A DNA stretch of 52,088 nucleotides, taken from a virus (lineage: Duplodnaviria > Caudoviricetes). The first letter of the stretch is position 1. The number at the start of each line of letters is the position of its first letter. The notes under the pieces were generated by a model. That model saw nothing but the letters and a program-made list of their open reading frames with translations, was not told where the DNA came from and did no database searches. Shown piece by piece: positions 46,645 through 52,088 of the stretch. The stretch is from positions 1 to 52,088 of the IMG/VR virus record IMGVR_UViG_3300020044_006097, one strand, 5' to 3'. The position numbers and the translations under genes are program-made.

Positions 46645-49600
46645 TCAATCCTCTTTCATTGCGTTAATTGCATAGGTTGTACCAGGGATAGCCCCTAGCA
46701 CGGGTATTAAGGCGACACCTCCTTTTACAACATCGGGTAAGGTCTCGTCGTCATCTTTTAAGTCATCATTGAACTGCTTAGCTATACCGCCAACGATGTG
46801 TGCAGGGGCACTAGCAGCAGCTAATAAGGGCGCACTTAACCCACCCCTACCCGTAACACCTAGTATACCCGCCAAGTCACCCATAAAGCCTAAGCCTGCT
46901 GTGTAACCAATAGCCTTCTTGGCTAGCTCCTTCTGGTAGTCCTCATCACTGAGATCACCTAGAGCACCTTTACGGGCCTCGTTAGCGGTCACCATCAACA
47001 ATGTAGCTGGGTACTGGTATGCTAAGAGTACAGCGTATGCCATTGGGCCTTGGTTGTGCAAGGTGCCGCGAAGTAGCTTGTTATTAGCAAGGGATACGAA
47101 GCTTCTGAATTGGCCTAGTACCTGACCTACTGCGGTACGTGAAAACGCGGCACCTTGACCCGTTCTACCAAACAGGATAGTATCATCAACATACCGCAGT
47201 ACAGTATCCACTACAGCGTCAGCATCGGCACGTTTCCAGGTATCCCAGTTCATACTACGCACTGGCCCTGTATTATCCACATATGTGACTTTCCCGCCGT
47301 TCCGGGCAATGATCCCATCCCAGTCCAAGTCCTTACTATAAGACTTTAGTACAGTTAATGCTTCAGTATCCCCTCGCATAGCCTTTGCGACGGTGCTTAT
47401 AGCTAAGTTGCTAACAACCCGTACTTGATGACTATGCACGTACTTCATAGCGGTAATGAACGGCATAGCCTGCTTACCCATATGTAGCACACGATCTATT
47501 GCTGAATTATTAGCTGCTACAAAGGTATCATGCTGAGCATTAAATGGCTTAAAGCGTATATCCCTGGTGAGGTCTACATTCATTAAGTACTTAAGCTCAT
47601 CAGCCATATCAGGGGTCATACCCTGTAAGGTTTGCCTAAACCCAGGCAAGGCTTTAAACATATGCTTGGCTGTCTCAAACACACCGAAGCGGGCTGCTAC
47701 AGTAGCGTACTCCGCAGCTTGCCAAACACCCTGAGCCGCTAACATGGTGGTGTTAGCTAATGCAGCAGCACGCGCCGCATTTGGGCCGAGTATATTACGG
47801 TCCGGTATAGCGCCAGTAAAGTCCCCTAGCATGGCGTCAAACTGCTGGATAGCCTCATCATACTGCGCCTTTGGTAAATCCGCTATAGTTTTGGTAAATT
47901 CATTTCGGAAGCTACCAATTTCAGCATCATCCCTACCAATCCCAGCCTTAGCTAATGCAGCACGACCATTCATAGCAGATAAGTAGTTACCATTAATACG
48001 ACTCAGGTTAGTATCTAACAAGTCAATCATACGGAGTACGGAGCCGTCTGCTGCGCGATATTGTGCTGTAAGGTCCATAGGGATGCGCTTACGTGCGTAC
48101 TTAACTACCCCTTTCTCACCTAATTTAGACTCTAGGCGGGATGTAATGGCGACCTTATCTGCCTCTTTCATAGAACTCTTTGATATCAAGTCTATTAGGG
48201 AGTCAGTATCAATCCTACCTAACATACCCATAAAGTCGGTGTTCATACCAGCTTCTTTAGCAATAGCGCGATCAATCCATGCACGTGCAATGGCGCCAGC
48301 ATCGGCCTCGTCAATCCCCTTTATGCCTCCCATAATGGCCTGCCGTACTACACCGGTCACAGCCTTCTTGCCGAAACGGGCATCGGTTTGAAATGCTCTA
48401 ATCTTATCTGGCATAGCAACACGGTGCACATAACCCGGACGTGGTGTAAAGTCCTCGAAGCCTGGTAGGTTAGCCTCCTGCGAGGTCTTACCACTACGGT
48501 TCATCGTAGCTTCTTGTTGAGCCACCAGCTTACGTATATTAGGTGATAGGTTGGGGTTATCTGTAGCATATCCAAAATTGTTGAACTCCGCATCCCGTCT
48601 AGCAATTTCTGCGTACACCTCAACCTGTAGAGCATCCCGGTCGCGTGTGTAACTACCATTTAAGTCTGTAGTACGGGAGAGGAAACCGTGCCCGTAAGAC
48701 GCAGCTAACTCGTCATCCAGTATTTTATCGAACGCAAGCTTATCCCCTTCACTAATGTTATTCAATCTGCGATGGATACTGGCTGCATTATCAGACTGGA
48801 AGTAATCTTCGCGACGTAGCGGGTCATCTACCATCTTCTTCATATGCGCCCTAGCAGCGGGGGTAGGTGCTACAGCATCAGCCTCAGATGTAAAACGGGC
48901 AATAGCCCCAGCCCGGTCTGTGCTCTTACCACCAAACCAATTACGTTGACCGGTAGCAATCTGCCTACCAACCTCACCACCAAACAAGCCGAACGCTGCG
49001 CCAGATAAGGCAGCCGTAGCGGCGTATTCCCAAACATCAACCTCTTTACCAGCAGCATCTGCTACACCTAATACACCCACGTTAGCGGAAGCACCTGCAA
49101 CAGCAGAGGCCATACGGCCCATACGCAATGCACGAGTAAATCCAAATGTAAAGCCATCTGTAATTAAGGTAGCAGGGTCTACTGCACCCGTGGCAAATGC
49201 TATGACACCATGCTCCTGGAGCACTTGCATATCAAAGCTATGCTGCTTCAAACGCTTAGCTACCTCTGTCATATCCTGGGTAGTACCAGCTTCGCCTAGC
49301 GCTGATAGGTTCTCGTCTGATAAAGGTAGAGCGTACTCTTCCAGTAATGAGCGTGCTAACTCCCCACGGTTCAGCGTAGGATCAACTTCAGAAAACTCAC
49401 TAGATACTTGATTGTTCAGTAACACGTTACTAATGAAGTGCGTGTTGGTGTTACGACGAAAAGCATCCCACTTCTCCCGAGCACTGAACTCGGGAGTTGG
49501 GGCTAGTAAAGCTTGCTGCTCGGCTTGCGCATTCAGTACATCAGTTTGTACAGTACCACCAGTGAACGCTGTGGGTGCTGCTGTCAACTCTGCACCCGTC

Positions 49601-49662
49601 TGGGCATTATCTACCTTAGAGAGTAACTCTTCAGGTGTAAATACTGTATCAATGGTGGCCAT
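46645..49662 (-). CDS. internal virion protein C (copy B)
   Basis: 1005-aa orthologue of 5050..8067. Confidence 0.8.
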   Translation of the reverse strand: MATIDTVFTPEELLSKVDNAQTGAELTAAPTAFTGGTVQTDVLNAQAEQQALLAPTPEFSAREKWDAFRRNTNTHFISNVLLNNQVSSEFSEVDPTLNRGELARSLLEEYALPLSDENLSALGEAGTTQDMTEVAKRLKQHSFDMQVLQEHGVIAFATGAVDPATLITDGFTFGFTRALRMGRMASAVAGASANVGVLGVADAAGKEVDVWEYAATAALSGAAFGLFGGEVGRQIATGQRNWFGGKSTDRAGAIARFTSEADAVAPTPAARAHMKKMVDDPLRREDYFQSDNAASIHRRLNNISEGDKLAFDKILDDELAASYGHGFLSRTTDLNGSYTRDRDALQVEVYAEIARRDAEFNNFGYATDNPNLSPNIRKLVAQQEATMNRSGKTSQEANLPGFEDFTPRPGYVHRVAMPDKIRAFQTDARFGKKAVTGVVRQAIMGGIKGIDEADAGAIARAWIDRAIAKEAGMNTDFMGMLGRIDTDSLIDLISKSSMKEADKVAITSRLESKLGEKGVVKYARKRIPMDLTAQYRAADGSVLRMIDLLDTNLSRINGNYLSAMNGRAALAKAGIGRDDAEIGSFRNEFTKTIADLPKAQYDEAIQQFDAMLGDFTGAIPDRNILGPNAARAAALANTTMLAAQGVWQAAEYATVAARFGVFETAKHMFKALPGFRQTLQGMTPDMADELKYLMNVDLTRDIRFKPFNAQHDTFVAANNSAIDRVLHMGKQAMPFITAMKYVHSHQVRVVSNLAISTVAKAMRGDTEALTVLKSYSKDLDWDGIIARNGGKVTYVDNTGPVRSMNWDTWKRADADAVVDTVLRYVDDTILFGRTGQGAAFSRTAVGQVLGQFRSFVSLANNKLLRGTLHNQGPMAYAVLLAYQYPATLLMVTANEARKGALGDLSDEDYQKELAKKAIGYTAGLGFMGDLAGILGVTGRGGLSAPLLAAASAPAHIVGGIAKQFNDDLKDDDETLPDVVKGGVALIPVLGAIPGTTYAINAMKED
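47276..47290 (-). promoter_or_regulatory. putative phage RNAP promoter (copy B)
   Basis: AGTCACATATGTGGA, unchanged relative to 5681-5695. Confidence 0.75.
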
Positions 49663-49671
49663 ATAAACCTC

Positions 49672-52088
49672 TTAGTTAGATTGCCAATACTCTGTACTAC
49701 CAAATGTAGCTTTAAAGTTGTCGGGGTTTGCAATAGGTAACGCTTGGCGTAGCTTCTGCTGTAATACAGGGTTAGTCACTAAACTCAATGCTTCGTTAAA
49801 CGCTTCTTTGTCACCGGCTGCTATAGCAGCATCAGCAGCTTCTACAACTGCCTGTATCTTATCAGCACCTTCTACGTAAACCGCTGCTACAACAGCAGCC
49901 TTGGCTTGTGGGTGTGTATAGTGCGGAGATACAAAGCGTTTGGTTGCAGCTACCGCTACATCAGTATCCTCACGGAAGGCTCTCTGTGCGTTAGCTTGCC
50001 CTGCGAAAGTTGCTACCTTATCAGGTGCTACTTCATTGATAAACAACCGTGCGTTTTGTACAACAACCTTAGCCTCACCTTGACTATTCCTCCCGTCAAT
50101 GTTGATACTACCGGCAGATGTTTGTACTGGTGTACCAATGGTCTGGGATAGGTTAGCATCAAGTAAAGCCTGCTGCTTCTCTAGCACTTTAGCCCGTACT
50201 GTTTCTACAGGTATAGCCGCTGTAGTAATGTAATGCCCATCCGGTAATTGCTCGTCTTGTACAAAGGATTTATTAACCTTATCCCAACGTACAATACTAG
50301 TAGCACCCTCTAAGCTAGGCGGGGCCAGTTCAATTAATGCCTTACCTATAGCACTTGCATCCGCGTTAGCGCCAAACAGTTTACCTATAGATGTATCCGC
50401 ATCTAGAATGACTGGGCGGACGTCCTTAGAGTCAGCGGCTACAGGTACTGGGATAGTGCGGTTGTAAACTTTACCTACCGCAATCCGCACTTTATCCTCT
50501 TCAGATGCACCCCAGTACGCCGGGTTTGAATCCATGCGGTTTAACTCAGCCCATACGTTGTCTTTTACAGGGATATCTGTGAAGGTAGAATCCTTATTGA
50601 ACCGCCCACCCCACGTGGTATCAAAGGCGCCCTCATCCTGTATAGTGCTGCGATGTTCATCCCACCAGGTTTGTTTAGTTCTTGCTAGCTGGGCGGGGGT
50701 CTGTGCCTTCACCTCTGCTTCTTTGGCAAGGAAAGTACGTAAGGCCGTAGTAGGCTCTACACCGAACTTAGCCTGCCCCAGGATGTAGGACATAGCTCCT
50801 TGTGTATCATCAGGTAAAGCGCCTAACAGTACACTACCTTTAGCGGGGTCAGTCTGCATAGCGGTACTGACTATACTAGTCACAGTGTTGAGGGTGTCTG
50901 TGTATACAGGGTTGGTTTCAGCATCAGGAGAGGTTGCACCGACTGCTCGTAAGGCCTGCCCAACGGATTCACCGTACTGGGATGGGAATGTACCAAAACG
51001 TAGACCAGCTTTAGTAAGTACAACCAATCTCTCAGTAGTACCTACACCGGTTTTACGCAGTAAGGTATCTACTTTAGTTAGAGCCTCTTTTGGACCACCA
51101 TGCTGCCATACACCTTCGGGCCCGTCTTCGATGCCCCTATTCACAGCGTTTAGTAAAGCTTCGTGCGAGCTTTTATCTGCCCCATTACGCTCGGCTTCAC
51201 GTAGTAAAGCAATACCCCGAGATACGCTATATACAGGAGGGTTACGGCTCATCCCATCTTCAACGTGATCCGCGAACTCATCTAAGCTAATATCCCCTTT
51301 GATACCAGCATCTTCCATAGCAGCGAAGTGCGCAGTTTCGGCCGCGAAGTCCTTAGCCTTTGTCCTGTCTTTACTGGCGCGCAGGTTATCAATAACCTTC
51401 TCACGCTTATCAAATGCTAAATTGTCTAGGAGACCTGCATCTAGCATAGCCTCTACAGGCTCACGTTGATCCGCTGCAATTAAGGCATTGACGAACTTCT
51501 CCCCGATCTCCTGCCGGAGTTCTTTAGGTACATCCGTGTTTGCCACGATACTCTGATAGTAAACCACTGCACGACCTTTAGTCGCATCATAAGTCATACC
51601 ATCATTAGCTAGCATGGCATTACCAAGCTCGGATATGATACTGTTACCTTCAGGGGTAATCTTACGCACAGCCTCTTCTATGATATGCTTTCGATGTGCT
51701 GTGTAGTGCTTACTTACTCGCGCAGCGCTAGCTTGAGAAGCGCCAGCTAATAGACCAATCTCCCCATTGCGGGTTAGGCCACCGTTACTTGAAAGGTCTA
51801 ACACCTGTGCGTTCCCGCGTGTCAGGTACTCTTTGACTTTAGGATCGTCAGGGCTTAGTGTCTTACCCTCAGTCTCTAGCCAGCGGTTGTACTCTTGATC
51901 AAACTCTGCGGTCTTGATACGTGCATCTGCATCATTAAATCCACCTTGGGCAAATGGCCGCATAATGGGGTCTACATCCATAGACTCAATGGCGTTACCT
52001 TGTTGCCGAGCAAGCTCCCCTTTTATGTACGTTGTCTTTACATCATGCTGGCACTTGTCAAGGGCGATCCCCTGCCCCATACGTAGTA
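49672..52088 (-). CDS. internal virion protein B (copy B), 5' end outside the window
   Basis: Orthologue of 8077..10635 lacking about the first 47 codons. Confidence 0.78.
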   Translation of the reverse strand, partial: LRMGQGIALDKCQHDVKTTYIKGELARQQGNAIESMDVDPIMRPFAQGGFNDADARIKTAEFDQEYNRWLETEGKTLSPDDPKVKEYLTRGNAQVLDLSSNGGLTRNGEIGLLAGASQASAARVSKHYTAHRKHIIEEAVRKITPEGNSIISELGNAMLANDGMTYDATKGRAVVYYQSIVANTDVPKELRQEIGEKFVNALIAADQREPVEAMLDAGLLDNLAFDKREKVIDNLRASKDRTKAKDFAAETAHFAAMEDAGIKGDISLDEFADHVEDGMSRNPPVYSVSRGIALLREAERNGADKSSHEALLNAVNRGIEDGPEGVWQHGGPKEALTKVDTLLRKTGVGTTERLVVLTKAGLRFGTFPSQYGESVGQALRAVGATSPDAETNPVYTDTLNTVTSIVSTAMQTDPAKGSVLLGALPDDTQGAMSYILGQAKFGVEPTTALRTFLAKEAEVKAQTPAQLARTKQTWWDEHRSTIQDEGAFDTTWGGRFNKDSTFTDIPVKDNVWAELNRMDSNPAYWGASEEDKVRIAVGKVYNRTIPVPVAADSKDVRPVILDADTSIGKLFGANADASAIGKALIELAPPSLEGATSIVRWDKVNKSFVQDEQLPDGHYITTAAIPVETVRAKVLEKQQALLDANLSQTIGTPVQTSAGSINIDGRNSQGEAKVVVQNARLFINEVAPDKVATFAGQANAQRAFREDTDVAVAATKRFVSPHYTHPQAKAAVVAAVYVEGADKIQAVVEAADAAIAAGDKEAFNEALSLVTNPVLQQKLRQALPIANPDNFKATFGSTEYWQSN

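Larger units (their letters stand above)
39801..52088 (-). mobile_element. Second, diverged copy (B) of the same phage type: late-region end, partial
   Basis: Orthologues of the copy A genes at 1-10635 occur in the same order at an offset of 41242 (lysis, terminase) to 41595 (internal virion genes), with many synonymous differences. Confidence 0.92.

Noticed and set aside
888-52086. Numerous plus-strand ORFs in the six-frame track (e.g. 1386..1799, 14296..14769, 40333..40917)
   Set aside because: They lie antisense to confident genes, read as Ser/Ala/Pro-rich shadow frames, and lack recognisable motifs.
41243-52088. Repeat of 1-10.5 kb as a long direct terminal repeat or circular-assembly overlap
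   Set aside because: The copies differ at many synonymous sites and have unrelated tail spikes; true terminal repeats or overlaps would be essentially identical.

Overview
The whole window is phage DNA: a phiKMV-like podovirus (Autographiviridae layout, with the single-subunit RNA polymerase at the end of the DNA-metabolism block), encoded almost entirely on the minus strand. Bases 1 to ~39.8 kb hold one nearly complete genome: early genes, primase, helicase, ligase, DNA polymerase, nucleases, RNAP, portal, scaffold, capsid, tail tubes, internal virion proteins, tail spike, terminases and lysis genes. It is joined head-to-tail to the last ~12 kb of a second, clearly diverged genome of the same phage type (offset about 41.2-41.6 kb), which has a different tail-spike receptor-binding region. 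No integrase, repressor or host gene is visible, so the tandem could be an unrolled strain bubble in an assembly, a mixed concatemer or a tandem insertion; the window cannot distinguish these. Other points read from the sequence: (1) a 15-bp putative phage-RNAP promoter (AGTCACATAWGTGGA) in five copies, one pointing against the genome; (2) a divergent control region with IHF-consensus sites, an AT-rich tract and two small plus-strand ORFs missed by the ORF track; (3) nested small-terminase/tail-fibre scars suggesting repeated receptor-binding-protein swaps; (4) a RadC/JAB-domain gene among the early genes. All calls are from motif recognition and gene order; no searches were run.
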